A stretch of DNA of 64,000 bases from assembly GCA_963755915.1 (NCBI GenBank), contig CAVWLP010000003.1:32001-96000 (forward strand), written 5' to 3'. Made by a program: the position numbers and the translations under genes. Positions 21,790-33,569 of the stretch are shown here, one piece after another (within the stretch, counting starts at the first letter, position 1; the number at the start of each line of letters is the position of its first letter). This stretch comes from an uncultured Phycisphaerales bacterium (GTDB taxonomy: Bacteria; Planctomycetota; Phycisphaerae; Tepidisphaerales; Tepidisphaeraceae). The notes under the pieces are model-generated. The model made no database searches, was not told the DNA's origin, and saw only the letters and a list, made by a program, of their open reading frames with translations.

Positions 21790-21817
21790 GGCTTAAACGA
21801 AGTCGGAAACGTACGTA

Positions 21818-22225
21818 ATGCCTAATTCCACGCAAACAATGGCTGAAGAGATTGGCCAGGTCGCAGCAGCGTTTCAGCAGCAAAGAACCGGCATCGAGCC
21901 CAAATCCGTGCATGTCGTGCTTAGAGGAGACACCTTGGTGGTGACACTGCAGGGCGCACTGTCGCTGGCCGAGCAGGCTTTAGCGCGGAGTGCCGAAGGC
22001 GCGGCGGAAGTACAAGAGCTTCATCGTCAGTTGTTTCTCACGGCGTTCGACAGGCTCCGAGCGGAAATCAGGCGGATCACGGGGTTAAACGTGTGTGAAG
22101 CGGCCGAAGTCGAATCAGCGGCTGGGGCAGCAATTCAGGTTCTCGCCAGTGGAACGATGGTTCAAGTATTCCAACTTTCCGGAAAGTTGCCCCCCGGAGA
22201 TTTCAGCTCTGGGGACAAACTGTGA
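21818..22225 (+). CDS. DUF2294 (MpsC-like) protein, copy 2
   Basis: RTGIEPKSVHVVLRGDTLVVTLQGALSLAEQAL, paralogous to copy 1. Confidence 0.8.
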   Translation: MPNSTQTMAEEIGQVAAAFQQQRTGIEPKSVHVVLRGDTLVVTLQGALSLAEQALARSAEGAAEVQELHRQLFLTAFDRLRAEIRRITGLNVCEAAEVESAAGAAIQVLASGTMVQVFQLSGKLPPGDFSSGDKL

Positions 22226-22334
22226 AGCCACGGTCTCTGGAGTTGCGCTAAAAGTGCCAGTGATTGTCAATTTTAGTTTTACGGACCCAAGGCAATTTCG
22301 CTTCTGGGCCGAAGACTTTTTTAAGGAAATGGAC

Positions 22335-22874
22335 ATGTTAAGTAAGAACTCGGTTATCGCGTTATTCGATCAACACACTCAAGCCGAAAACGCAGTGAAG
22401 GAACTGCAGCAGGCGGGCTTCGACATGAAGTCGCTGTCTATCGTCGGAAAGGATTACCACACCGACGAGCACGTCGTCGGATATTACACGACCGCCGATC
22501 GCATGCAGTATTGGGGCAAAAATGGCGCATTCTGGGGCGGAATCTGGGGCCTGCTCTTTGGGTCAGCCCTCTTTGTCATCCCGGGTATCGGTCCGATTGT
22601 GGCAGCCGGGCCGGTGATCGCGTGGATCGTCGCCGCTCTCGAAGGTGCGGTCGTTGTCGGTGGCCTCAGCGCTCTTGGCGCCGGGCTCTACAGCATCGGC
22701 ATTCCGAAGAAAAGCATTTTGCAATACGAAACTTCGCTGAAGGCAGGGAAGTTTATGCTGCTGGTGCATGGAACCCCTGAGGAAATGAGTCGAGCTTCGA
22801 CGATCCTCAAAACCACCGGGGCATCGGAATGCCAAGAGCACATGGCGGATGCACCGGTTGCCGCGCTTGTTTGA
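22335..22874 (+). CDS. General stress protein/DUF1269-like membrane protein
   Basis: AENAVKELQQAGF..LSIVGKD, Gly-rich GAFWGGIWGLLFG..IPGIGP. Confidence 0.8.
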   Translation: MLSKNSVIALFDQHTQAENAVKELQQAGFDMKSLSIVGKDYHTDEHVVGYYTTADRMQYWGKNGAFWGGIWGLLFGSALFVIPGIGPIVAAGPVIAWIVAALEGAVVVGGLSALGAGLYSIGIPKKSILQYETSLKAGKFMLLVHGTPEEMSRASTILKTTGASECQEHMADAPVAALV

Positions 22875-22953
22875 TCGACGTGATTCTCACCCATGCACAT
22901 CCGGAAGCGATTCGGAGCACGATTGCCGGATCGCTTCCGCGACATTAGGAGCA

Positions 22954-23639
22954 ATGATGAATTCTCAGCTATCGGGCACACACCAGAAGGTTTACCAGCA
23001 TCTTTTCCAGCATCCGATGCCGCACAACCTCCAATGGCGAGAAGTCTGGTCAATGCTCGGTGCAATGAAGGATGCACAGGCGATCGGAGGAAGCCAAAGG
23101 CAATCTGAAAGTCGAGCGAAATGGTCAGGTCCTCACGCTGCACCGTCCGCGCGGCAAGGACTTGGCGGACAAACAGGAATTAATGAAGGTCCGCCATTTC
23201 CTGGAGCGCTCTGAATCGCCATTGCCAAAGCCCGAGCCGGGAGGCACCCACTTATTGGTTGTCATCGATCATCGCGAGGCGCGAATATACAGCGCGGAAA
23301 TACATGGATCGGTTCCGCAACGGATCAAGCCTTATGACCCTTTCGGCTTCGATCGAGATCTGCATTACAACCAGGACGATTCCAACGGCCAGCGAAAACC
23401 GGAGAAAAAGAGCTTCTACGAGGCAGTCGCCAAAACGCTGCGCGGGGCGAAGCAGATTTTAATGTTCGGCAGCGCCACCGGCGCCAGCAGCGCGATGGAA
23501 GCGCTGGTTGAGGAGTTGAAGCATAATCACCCCGATGTCGCAGAGCGGATCATCGGCACCTTTACTGTTGATGAGCATCATCTAACTGAAGATCAGTTGC
23601 TGGCTAAGGCGAGGCGCGCTTGTTTTTGCCTGCACATAA
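22954..23639 (+). CDS. Protein with HicA-like N-terminus and eRF1/host-attachment-like C-terminus (frameshifted)
   Basis: LFQHPMPHNLQWREV..LHRP; VVIDHREARIY, FYEAVAKTL, ILMFG, HLTEDQLLAKAR. Confidence 0.6.
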
Positions 23640-23677
23640 GTCTGCGATGTCTGCGGCGAATTGACATAAAGATAGTT

Positions 23678-26202
23678 ATGACCACATCAACGATGTCCAA
23701 ACCTCCTGCGTCGACGGCACGCCCCCACGAACTGGCCCGGTTGCTTCAGCAATACGGATGCGGGCCAATTCATTTCACCGGCACGGATGGATTTTACGAG
23801 AGGCACCTCGTCTTCGACACCGTGAAAGATTTGGCCACCACCAGCCCGCGTGAACACTTCGAGGCAGTCGCCCGCTCGGTTCGCGATGTTCTCTCGCAAC
23901 GCTGGGTGGCCACGGAGAAGACCTATGAGCGCGAGAATCCCAAGCGCCTTTATTATCTCTCCATGGAATTCCTCATCGGCCGTTCGCTTGGCAACAATGT
24001 CACAAATCTCCTTCTCGACCCTCTGGCAAACCAGTTCGCGGCGATGAAGAAGCTCGATTGGCTGGAACTGATCGAAAAGGAGCCCGATGCCGGCCTGGGC
24101 AACGGCGGACTGGGTCGGCTGGCCGCCTGCTTTCTGGATTCGTTGGCCACGATGCAGCTTCCGGCCATGGGTTACGGCCTGCGTTATGAGTACGGCATTT
24201 TCAGACAATCCATCAAGAACGGATGGCAGCAGGAAAGCCCGGACAATTGGCTGCGTCGCCCGGACCCATGGGAAGTCGCCCGCCTGGATCGAGCATGTCA
24301 GCGTGAACCTGAACTGTTCGTTCAAAATGACCGGACGGAAACTTGCACGCCATTCCGGGCACGCAGTCCAATCTGATCGGTATTCCCTATGACCGGCCGG
24401 TGGTCGGATACGGCGGCAAGACCATCAACACGCTCCGCCTTTGGGCCGCGGCAAGTTCCGGATTATTTTGATTTCCAGAGATTCAGCGGCGGCGATTTCG
24501 TCGGCGCGTTGGCGGAGATGCTGTCGGCGGAATCGCTGACCCGCGTCCTGTATCCCGACGATTCGACCAGCCGTGGGAAGAGCCTGCGCTTTGTGCAGGA
24601 GTATTTTCTCGTCGCCTGTTCGCTGGCCGATCTTGTCCGCCGCTTTCGCGAAACCAATTCCGATTGGACCCAGTTGCCCGAGCATGTCGCCATCCAGCTC
24701 AACGACACGCATCCCTCGCTGTCCGTCCCTGAGCTGATGCGAATTTTGCTCGATGATGCCCATCTGGGATGGGACCAAGCCTGGGACATCACGAAGCGGA
24801 CGCTGGCCTATACGAACCACACGCTTGTTGCCCGAAGCCTTGGAGAAATGGCCTGTCGAGTGGTTCGAGAAGCTGCTGCCGCGCCACCTGGAAATCATTT
24901 ACGAGATCAACCGGCGACTGCTCGATGATGTGCGTGCAGAAATTCCCAGGCGACGAGGGCCGCGTGGAGCGCATCAGCCTCGTCGAAGAGACGGACGGCC
25001 GCAACATCCGCATGGCGAACCTGGCCATCGTCGGCTCGCACAGCACCAACGGCGTGGCCGCGATTCACTCCCGCTTGCTCCGAACCACGACCGTGAAGGA
25101 TTTGGCCGACATGTTTCCGGAGCGGTTCAACAACAAGACCAACGGCGTGACGCCGCGCCGCTGGCTGCTGCTGTCGAATCCCATCGCTGGCCCGCGTGAT
25201 CACGCGAAGCGATCGGCGATGGCTGGATCACTGACCTCGATCAATTGCAGAAACTCAAGCCGCTGGCCGAATGACAAAGGCTTTCGCGACGCCTTTCTGA
25301 AGGCCAAACGCGAGGCCAAAGTGCGGTTTGCCGATTGGCTCAAGGCTAGCACCGGGCAAGCCGTCGATCCCGACACCATCTTCGATTGCCAGATCAAGCG
25401 CATCCACGAATACAAGCGGCAACTGCTCAACGCGCTGCGCATCGTCGTGCTTTACAACCGGCTGCGCGCAAATCCGGAACTCAATATGCCGCCGCGGACG
25501 TTTTTCTTCGCCGGCAAGGCCGCGCCGGCCTATCACCTGGCAAAGGTCATCATCAAGTTCATCAACAACCTGGCCGGCGTCATCGACGGCGACCCGGCTA
25601 TGCGAGGCAAGCTCAAGGTCGTTTTCCTGCCGGAATATTCTGTCACGCTGGCCGAGCGGCTGATTCCCGCCAGCGATGTCTCCAACCAGATTTCGACCGC
25701 GGGCTACGAAGCCAGCGGCACCAGCAACATGAAGTTCATGATGAACGGCGCTCTCACGCTCGGCACGCGCGATGGCGCGACCATCGAAATGGCTGAGGAA
25801 GCCGGCGAGGAAAACTTCTTCCTGTTCGGCCTGACGGCCAAGCAGGTGGCGGATAGCCGGAGCTGGTACAACCCACTACTGGCATTACGAAAACGAGCCG
25901 GAGACGCGTGCCGCGCTGGACCTGATTTTTTCCGACCATTTCAGCCGCGATGAACCCGGCATCTTCGAGCGAACTGCGCGAGACGCTCTTCTGACGGGCG
26001 GCGATCACTACATGCACCTGGCGGATCTGAAGTCCTACCTCGAGCGCGGACCAGCAGCTGGTCGAGTTGTATGCCGAGCAGGATGCCTGGGCGCGGAAGG
26101 CGATATTGAACGTGGCCGCGTCTGGGAAATTCTCCAGCGACCGAACCATCGCGCGAATATGCGTCGGAAATCTGGAACGTGAAACCATGCCCGGTGGCAT
26201 GA
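23678..26202 (+). CDS. glgP: Glycogen/starch phosphorylase (several frameshifts)
   Basis: [39 protein letters not shown]. Confidence 0.93.
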
Positions 26203-26218
26203 GAAGCAGACTGCAGCA

Positions 26219-27880
26219 ATGACGATTTCTCCACTCGCGGGTAAACCGGCTCCCAAGGAAATGCTGGTCGATCTGGCTCGCCTCGAACGCGAGTATTACG
26301 AGCGGCAGCCCGATTTAGCTGATCCCAACCAAATGGTCAGCTTCGGCACCAGCGGCCATCGCGGCTCGTCACTGCGCGGCACATTCACCGAGGCCCACAT
26401 CCTGGCCATCACCCAGGCGATTTGCGATTACCGGCGCAGGCCGGAAATCAGACGGCCCGCTTTACATGGGCAAGGACACGCACGCGCTGTCCGCGCCAGC
26501 CCAGCGCACGGCCTTGGAAGTTCTGGCGGCCAACGGTGTCGAGACCATCATCCAGCCAGACGACGGCGTAACGCCGACTCCGGTCATTTCGCGCGCAATC
26601 CTCGTCTACAACCGCAGCAGGAAACAACGTCTCGCCGACGGCATCGTCATCACGCCTTCGCACAATCCGCCGGAAGACGGCGGGTTCAAATACAACCCGA
26701 CCAATGGCGGTCCGGCCGACACCGACGTGACCGGCTGGATCCAGGACTCGCGCCAACGAATTGTTGCGCAGCAACAATGCCGGCGTGAAGCGCGTCCCCT
26801 ATGCCGCCGCCCTCAAGGCGGCGACGACGCACACCGAAGATTTCATTCTTCCCTATGTCAACGACCTGCGGAACGTCATCGACATGGAAGCGATCCGCGA
26901 GCGCGGGCCTGAAGTTGGGCGTCGATCCGCTGGGCGGCGACGGCGCTGCCTTATTGGGAGCCGATCAATTCGATTTACAATCTCGATCATCACGGTCGTC
27001 AACCCAAGACAATCGACCCGCCGTTTGCGTTCATGACGGTGGACCACGACGGGCAAATCCGCATGGACTGTTCCAGCCCGTACGCGATGGCCAGACTCGT
27101 CGGGCTCAAAGATAAATACCGCGTCGCCTTCGCCAACGACCCCGACTCCGATCGCCACGGTATCGTCACGCCGTCCGTCGGTTTGATGAATCCCAACCAT
27201 TATCTCGCCGTTGCGATTGGCTATTTGCTCATCCCATCGCCCGCACTGGCCGGGCAATGCGCCGGTCGGCAAGACGCTGGTCAGCAGCAGCATGATCGAC
27301 CGGGTGGTGAGCAAGCTGGGTCGACAGCTCTACGAAGTTCCCGTTGGCTTCAAATGGTTTTCGCCGGGACTTTTCGACGGCTCTCTGTTTCGGCGGCGAG
27401 GAAAGTGCCGGTGCGAGTTTCCTGCGACTGGACGGCGCGGTTTGGACGACGGACAAGGACGGCCCGATCATGGATTTGCTTGCGGCCGAAATCACCGCGC
27501 GCACCGGCAAAGACCCGGGCGAGCATTTTCGTGATCTGACAGCCGAGTTCGGCACGCCTTATTACACGCGCATCGATGCACCCGCGACGCCGCAGCAGAA
27601 GGCGAGTCTTGCCAAGCTGTCGCCCGAAGCGGTGAAAGAATCAAGTTTGGCGGGCGATCCTATCACCGCAAAGTTGACGCGCGCTCCTGGCAACAACGCC
27701 TCAATCGGTGGTTTGAAAGTTTCGACCGCGAGCGGCTGGTTTGCGGCCCGTCCGTCCGGCACCGAAAACATCTACAAGATTTACGCCGAAAGTTTCCGCG
27801 ACCAGAAGCATCTGAAATCCATTGTGGATGAAGCTCAGCAGATTGTAAGCGGCGCGATCGCCGGACCGGCGAAGGGTTGA
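26219..27880 (+). CDS. pgm: Phosphoglucomutase (several frameshifts)
   Basis: [36 protein letters not shown]. Confidence 0.93.
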
Positions 27881-27886
27881 TCGGAG

Positions 27887-29599
27887 TTGCTGATGCCGAA
27901 CCAACACCGTCAAATTCCTGTCCTGCCTTTCCGCCCGCGCGTCCATCCCATTGCGGACAAAGTTTTCCGTTCCTATCCCGTGGGGCGGCAGAGTTTCTCC
28001 CGCGCTTGCCAGGGGAATGTTCTCTCGCTCAGGATTACCACAACAAAGCCTCTGGCGCAGAACGTACGTGCTATCCTGGCGACAACATTGAATTCGGCTG
28101 ACGGTAGGTCATGGACAAAGGTGCCGTTCGAGCGCGAAAATGATCGCACCCTTTTATGCTGCATCACGCCTAACCACCCCGGTTTGCATTCCTTCCGTGC
28201 CGAGTTCTCGCTAGACGGCGGCACCAGGTGGCTCGGCGATACCGTGCCAGACGCCTGGATTTTGATCGATCCACCTCAGGTAGACGCGCTGTGCATTTAT
28301 ACCCTAATTCCCAATGTCTCCGGCACGCTCGCAAATTGGAAAGCTGACCTCAAGCGGATCGGCGATATGGGCTTCAACGCAATCCATCTATTGCCCATAA
28401 CCACGATGGACGATTCCGAAAGCCCCTATTCGGCGAAAGACCTCTTCAAAGTTGACCGCAGCTACTTGAGCACAGGATCACGGGACGATGACCTCTCGCA
28501 GTTAGAAGACTTCGTCGCAGAAGCCAAGCGACTTGGGATTCGGCTTGTCTTTGATTTGGTTCTCAATCATGTAGGAGTCCATAGCACGATGGCGCTGCAG
28601 GCACCGGACTGGATTGTTCCCGATCAGAATGAGCCGGACGGACTGAAGCGCGCGAGATTTTGGTGCGATCAGGGGTGGCGCAACTGGAATGATTTGGTCT
28701 TGATCAATTATGAGCATCCATCGGAAGCGGTCCGCGCAGAAATATGGTCGTACATGACCGATTATGCCTTGTTCTGGGCGAAATACGCCAACGACACCGG
28801 AGGCTTTGTACGTTTTGACAACCTCCACAGCAGCGATCCCGCCTTTGTTGCTGCGCTCACCACGTCATTGCATGCTGAATATCCAGAAGCTGGCATTCTT
28901 GCCGAGTATTTCACTGATGAAAGCACGCTGCTTCGGAATGGGCCAGAATGGGGATTGAATTTGAATCTGGCCACGCCCTGGAATTTCAAATTCGTCCCTC
29001 AACTTCGCGACTATCTGAAATACATGCACCGGGTTTCGGAGCACATCCGATACTTCATGCCGATCACCTCACACGACTGCGGCTCACCAGCACAAGAATT
29101 CGGCACCGCGGACTCGACGGTCCCTCGCTACGCAGTCGCGGCCCTGCTTGGCACTGGAGCCACCGGAGTTCCGCAGGGAGTGGAATTCGGCGAGAAAGAG
29201 CGGATCGACTTTATCGGCAGAAAGCCGAGAATGTCATATCCCGAAAGACCAAGGTTTGCCCAATTCATCCGTCAGGTCAATGAGATTGTCGCGAAATATC
29301 CGGCATTCCGACGGGGTGAAAACTGCTGGTTTGTGGATAACGGCCATTCCGCAGTCATAGCGGCATTTCGACGGGATTCAGACGCGCAGACATCAGGCTT
29401 TCTTGTCGTCTGCAATTTCGATACCGCTGGTCCGCAGCATATCACGATCGAACTTGGGCCCTTGTTGAAAAGAGACGGACCCTTCAAGTGCATCGAATTG
29501 TTGAGCGGCGACACTCGAATTGTGATGCATCCGCACATGGAGCTTGCACTTCCGGCATGTGGCGTCGAGGTGCTGAACTTTCCCGGAAAGGAAAATTGA
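27887..29599 (+). CDS. GH13 alpha-amylase-family glycoside hydrolase (debranching-like)
   Basis: GFNAIHLLP, SPYS, DLVLNH, VRFDNLHS, AEYF, TSHD. Confidence 0.85.
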   Translation: MLMPNQHRQIPVLPFRPRVHPIADKVFRSYPVGRQSFSRACQGNVLSLRITTTKPLAQNVRAILATTLNSADGRSWTKVPFERENDRTLLCCITPNHPGLHSFRAEFSLDGGTRWLGDTVPDAWILIDPPQVDALCIYTLIPNVSGTLANWKADLKRIGDMGFNAIHLLPITTMDDSESPYSAKDLFKVDRSYLSTGSRDDDLSQLEDFVAEAKRLGIRLVFDLVLNHVGVHSTMALQAPDWIVPDQNEPDGLKRARFWCDQGWRNWNDLVLINYEHPSEAVRAEIWSYMTDYALFWAKYANDTGGFVRFDNLHSSDPAFVAALTTSLHAEYPEAGILAEYFTDESTLLRNGPEWGLNLNLATPWNFKFVPQLRDYLKYMHRVSEHIRYFMPITSHDCGSPAQEFGTADSTVPRYAVAALLGTGATGVPQGVEFGEKERIDFIGRKPRMSYPERPRFAQFIRQVNEIVAKYPAFRRGENCWFVDNGHSAVIAAFRRDSDAQTSGFLVVCNFDTAGPQHITIELGPLLKRDGPFKCIELLSGDTRIVMHPHMELALPACGVEVLNFPGKEN

Positions 29600-29699
29600 A
29601 ACCTAGAAATATTATTTTGCTGGTTCACGGTTGGGATCGCCTATACTATGACATGCAAGTTGGCTGATCCCTCTGCTCCGTGCAGAACAGCGAAAATCT

Positions 29700-29804
29700 T
29701 CGGATGACTAAATAAAGAGTAATCTGGCCGAACCGCCAGAGGACTCGTTAACGAGTAAGCCGACGTAATTGAACACTCCCGTGTTCAGTTGTGTCGGCTT
29801 TTTT
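29700..29804 (+). ncRNA. Riboswitch/attenuator-like RNA, copy 2
   Basis: tcggatgactaa...gagtaagccgacg...tgtcggctttttt. Confidence 0.75.
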
Positions 29805-29843
29805 GTTTGCGCAACAGGCGTTTAACGCCTGGAGAACCTCAAA

Positions 29844-30776
29844 ATGAGAACTCCCAGTCCTTTCGCGGCACTGATCTTTGTCGTAATCCTCGCCATTGGG
29901 GGAGGTTTGGCGTTCGCCGCCTACAGCGCCGCAGCGCCCGAAAAGAGCATATGTACCGGGATCATTGCATTTGTGATTGCTGTCGTCGCCGCTCGCTCAA
30001 TCAGGGTCGCCGATCAGTGGGATAAAGCCGTGATTCTGCGGTTGGGCCAGTTCCACTCACTAAAAGGTCCGGGGCTTTTCTTCATAATACCTATTGTCGA
30101 TGCGATTCCCTACTGGATCGATACCCGCGTAATCACAACCGGCTTCAAAGCTGAAAAGACGCTGACTAAGGACACCGTCCCGGTGGACGTCGACGCAGTG
30201 CTGTTTTGGAAAGTCATCGACCCCAAAAAGTCGGCGCTGGGCGTAGCGGATTATCGGAGCGCCATAAGCTGGGCATCGCAGACCGCGCTCCGCGATGTGA
30301 TTGGAAAAACGATGCTTTCAGACATGCTGGAAGGCCGCGACAAAATCAGCGCGGTGCTGCAGAAGATCATTGACGAACGCACCGAACCATGGGGCATCAA
30401 TGTTATTTCTGTAGAGGTGAAGGACGTCTTGATTCCCCAAGCCCTTGAGAATGCCATGTCCATGCAGGCCCAGGCCGAACGAGAGCGCCAAGCCCGTGTG
30501 ATTTTGGGAGATTCGGAACGGCAGGTAGCGGAGAAATTCGCTGAAGCGTCCAAGAGCTACCAGCATAATCCGGTCGCATTTCATCTCCGGGCAATGAACA
30601 TGCTTTACGAGGGGTTGAAGCAGAATTCCACCATCGTGATCGTTCCCAGCACTGCCGTCGAAAGCATGCAGTTAGGCGGACTTGCTGGATTGACCGCCCT
30701 GACTATGGGAATCGGTCAGGACGGCGGTGGCAATGGAAAGCCGGTGCCACCCAATGAACCTGCATTGATCCGATAG
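29844..30776 (+). CDS. SPFH/slipin (stomatin-like) protein
   Basis: ILRLG..KGPGLFFIIP, TKDTVPVDVDAV, QAQAERERQAR. Confidence 0.92.
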   Translation: MRTPSPFAALIFVVILAIGGGLAFAAYSAAAPEKSICTGIIAFVIAVVAARSIRVADQWDKAVILRLGQFHSLKGPGLFFIIPIVDAIPYWIDTRVITTGFKAEKTLTKDTVPVDVDAVLFWKVIDPKKSALGVADYRSAISWASQTALRDVIGKTMLSDMLEGRDKISAVLQKIIDERTEPWGINVISVEVKDVLIPQALENAMSMQAQAERERQARVILGDSERQVAEKFAEASKSYQHNPVAFHLRAMNMLYEGLKQNSTIVIVPSTAVESMQLGGLAGLTALTMGIGQDGGGNGKPVPPNEPALIR

Positions 30777-30862
30777 CGGTCGTTGGATGGACCCGGCGGA
30801 CCTCGTCCGTCACGGACTCGCTTGAGGCAACGTGACGCAAACTCTCGTGAAAGGAACTCATT

Positions 30863-31024
30863 ATGTCCATTCTATTCATCATAATTATCATCCTCGTGAT
30901 CATGAGCTTCGGCGGTGGGTACTATAGGCCGGCTTATCGAACGCATGGGATTTCACTTGGAACGATCCTCTTAATCGTACTGGTCTTATGGCTTTTCGGC
31001 GTGTTTGGCAGCCGGCCGTTTTAG
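30863..31024 (+). CDS. Small two-helix membrane protein (DUF3309-like), 53 aa
   Basis: Translated by hand: MSILFIIIIILVIMSFGGGYY...LGTILLIVLVLWLFG; AAGGAA RBS; below ORF-track cutoff. Confidence 0.7.
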   Translation: MSILFIIIIILVIMSFGGGYYRPAYRTHGISLGTILLIVLVLWLFGVFGSRPF

Positions 31025-31143
31025 GTGTTGTTAGGCCCCCCACGGAATTCTTCTGTTGGAGCCGACAGGAAAGACAATGCCCAGCATGCACGCAAGGAGA
31101 TACCGTCATTCACACGCTAAATAAAATTTCGCTCGATAAAATC

Positions 31144-33542
31144 GTGCCTCAGGAAAATGCCCCAGGCGCCCCGGGATTCCGCCACGTTGGACTTGCAGCG
31201 CAAAAACGGGCGTGGGCACTGCCCTCAGCAACAAGAGCCTTGTCTGGTTCACGCTGAGCCATGGAATTTTCAACGAAATATTTTATCCCCGTATCGATCA
31301 AGCGTGCGTCCGCGACATGGGATTGATAGTCACGGACGGAGCGGATTTCTTCTCCGAGGAAAAGAGCGACACCAAGTCTGAGGTTCATTGGCTGGCTGAG
31401 GGCGTCCCAGCATTCCGACTGGTCAATACGTGCCGCGCCGGCCGATACCGCATCGAAAAGCAAGTCGTGACTGATCCGCAGCGAAACACAGTTCTGCAAC
31501 GCATCCAGTTCACCGCAATGCAAGACCATCTTTCCGATTATCGGTTGCATGTGCTGCTGGCGCCGCATCTGGGAAACCACGGCGATGGCAACAATGCCTG
31601 GGTGGATGAGTTTGAAGGCTTGCCGCTTCTGTTTGCCCAGCGTGACGGATATGCGTTGGCACTGGCCTGTTCCGCGCCATTACTGAAGCGATCCGTCGGT
31701 TATGTCGGTTCTTCCGACGGCTGGCAGGATCTAATGGCGCACAAGCAGATGACCTGGGAATACACGCAGGCTCGGAACGGGAACGTGGCTTTGACTGCCG
31801 AAATCGATCTTCTTCACCCCAAGGGACATTGCGAACTGGCCTTGGGCTTTGGCAAGAACTCTCAAGAAGCGGCGGAGAACGCAATCGCCAGTCTTCGCGA
31901 AGGTTTTGACAACATCAAGCACGAATACATTGCCGGATGGCAGTTTTGGAAGAAGTCGGTGATGTCGACAAAAAAGGACCGTTTCCATGCGGGCGATCTT
32001 TTCCCGATCAGCCTCGCCGTCTTGCGAACCCATGAATCCAAGACGGCCTCGGGCGGTCTCATCGCCAGCCTCGCCATCCCATGGGGATCAAGCAAGGGGG
32101 ACGGCGATCAGGGCGGTTATCACCTTGTCTGGGCACGCGACATGGTGGAAACGGCGGGCGCGTTGCTCGCTAGCGGCGCACATGATGACACGCGCCGGGC
32201 ACTCACGTTTTTGCAGTCAACCCAGCAGCCGGACGGCCACTGGCCTCAAAATATGTGGGTGGATGGCACACCTTACTGGAACGGAATTCAACTCGATGAG
32301 ACTGCGCTGCCTGTTTTGCTGGTGGACCTGGCCCACCGTGAGAAGGCGATATCTGACGCCGACATGCAATCGTTTTGGCCGATGGTGCAACGTGCCGCCG
32401 GCTATCTGGCGCGCAATGGCCCCGTGAGTCCGCAGGATCGCTGGGAGGAAGATCCGGGGTATTCGCCTTTTTCCGTCGCCGCGGAAATAGCCGCCATCCT
32501 CGTCGCTGCGGATATGGCCGCTTTGAACAATGAACCCGCCATGGCAACGTATCTCCGCGAAATCGCGGACGTTTGGCACACCTCCATCGATCGCTGGATG
32601 TACGCCTCGGCAACGGATTGGTGCAAAAAGTTCGATGTGGAAGGCTATTACCTGAGAATCGCCTCCGCGAACCCGGGCGAAGGGGAACGTTTCCAGAATT
32701 TTGTCCGCGTCAAGAATGTCACTGCCGCCGAAGACACCCGTATGGCCAAGCATCTGGTAAGTCCCGACGCCCTGGCACTGGTGCGTTTTGGTTTGCGCGC
32801 CGCGGATGACCCGCGCATTCTCGGCACGGTAAAAGTCATCGATTGTTTACTTAAAGTGGAGACGCCCACCGGTCCCAGTTGGCACCGATATAACGATGAC
32901 GGGTATGGCGAACATAAAGACGGCGCGCCCTTTGACGGAACAGGCATCGGCCGCGCGTGGCCGCTACTCACGGGTGAGCGTGCTCACTATGAACTCTTGG
33001 CAAATCGGGCTGAGTTTGCAAAGGGACTGTTGGACACGATGGAATCGTTTGCCAACGAAGGAAGCCTTATCTCAGAACAAATCTGGGACTCGCCCGACCT
33101 GCCGGAACATGATTTGTTTCTCGGCAAGCCCTCCGGTTCCGCCATGCCGTTGGTTTGGGCTCATGCAGAGTACATCAAGCTCCGGCGCTCCTTGCGGGAC
33201 GGACACGTTTTCGACCTGCCACCGCAAACCGTACAACGTTATTTAATCGACAAAACTATATCCCCGCGCATGGTGTGGAGGTTCAACCACAAGCTCCGCT
33301 CCATGCCCGCGAGAAAATCACTCCGTGTCGAAACTCTGGCGCCCGTGGTGATTCATTGGAGTGTGGATGACTGGAAAACGCATGAGGACACTAAGTCGCG
33401 CGATGTCGGCCTGGGCCTTCACGTTGCGGATCTAGCAACGCAATCACTCCCGGACGGAAAAGAAATCAAATTCACTTTCTACTGGCCCGCCGCGGGTCAC
33501 TGGGAAGGAACCGACTTTATCGTTCGCATCGACTCGCTATGA
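31144..33542 (+). CDS. GH15 glucan 1,4-alpha-glucosidase/glucoamylase (N-terminal frameshift)
   Basis: APGAPG start, ASLAIPWG, GYHLVWARD, QDRWEE, SEQIW, PLVWAHAEY. Confidence 0.9.
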
Positions 33543-33569
33543 GGCGACGGGATTGTAGCTGTTAAAGCG

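Noticed and set aside
23072-24376. Apparent fusion of the eRF1-like protein to glycogen phosphorylase
   Set aside because: The homologous fragment at 56.8 kb stops soon after EDQLLA.AR, and an out-of-frame TAA sits at 23637; read-through is probably an indel artefact.
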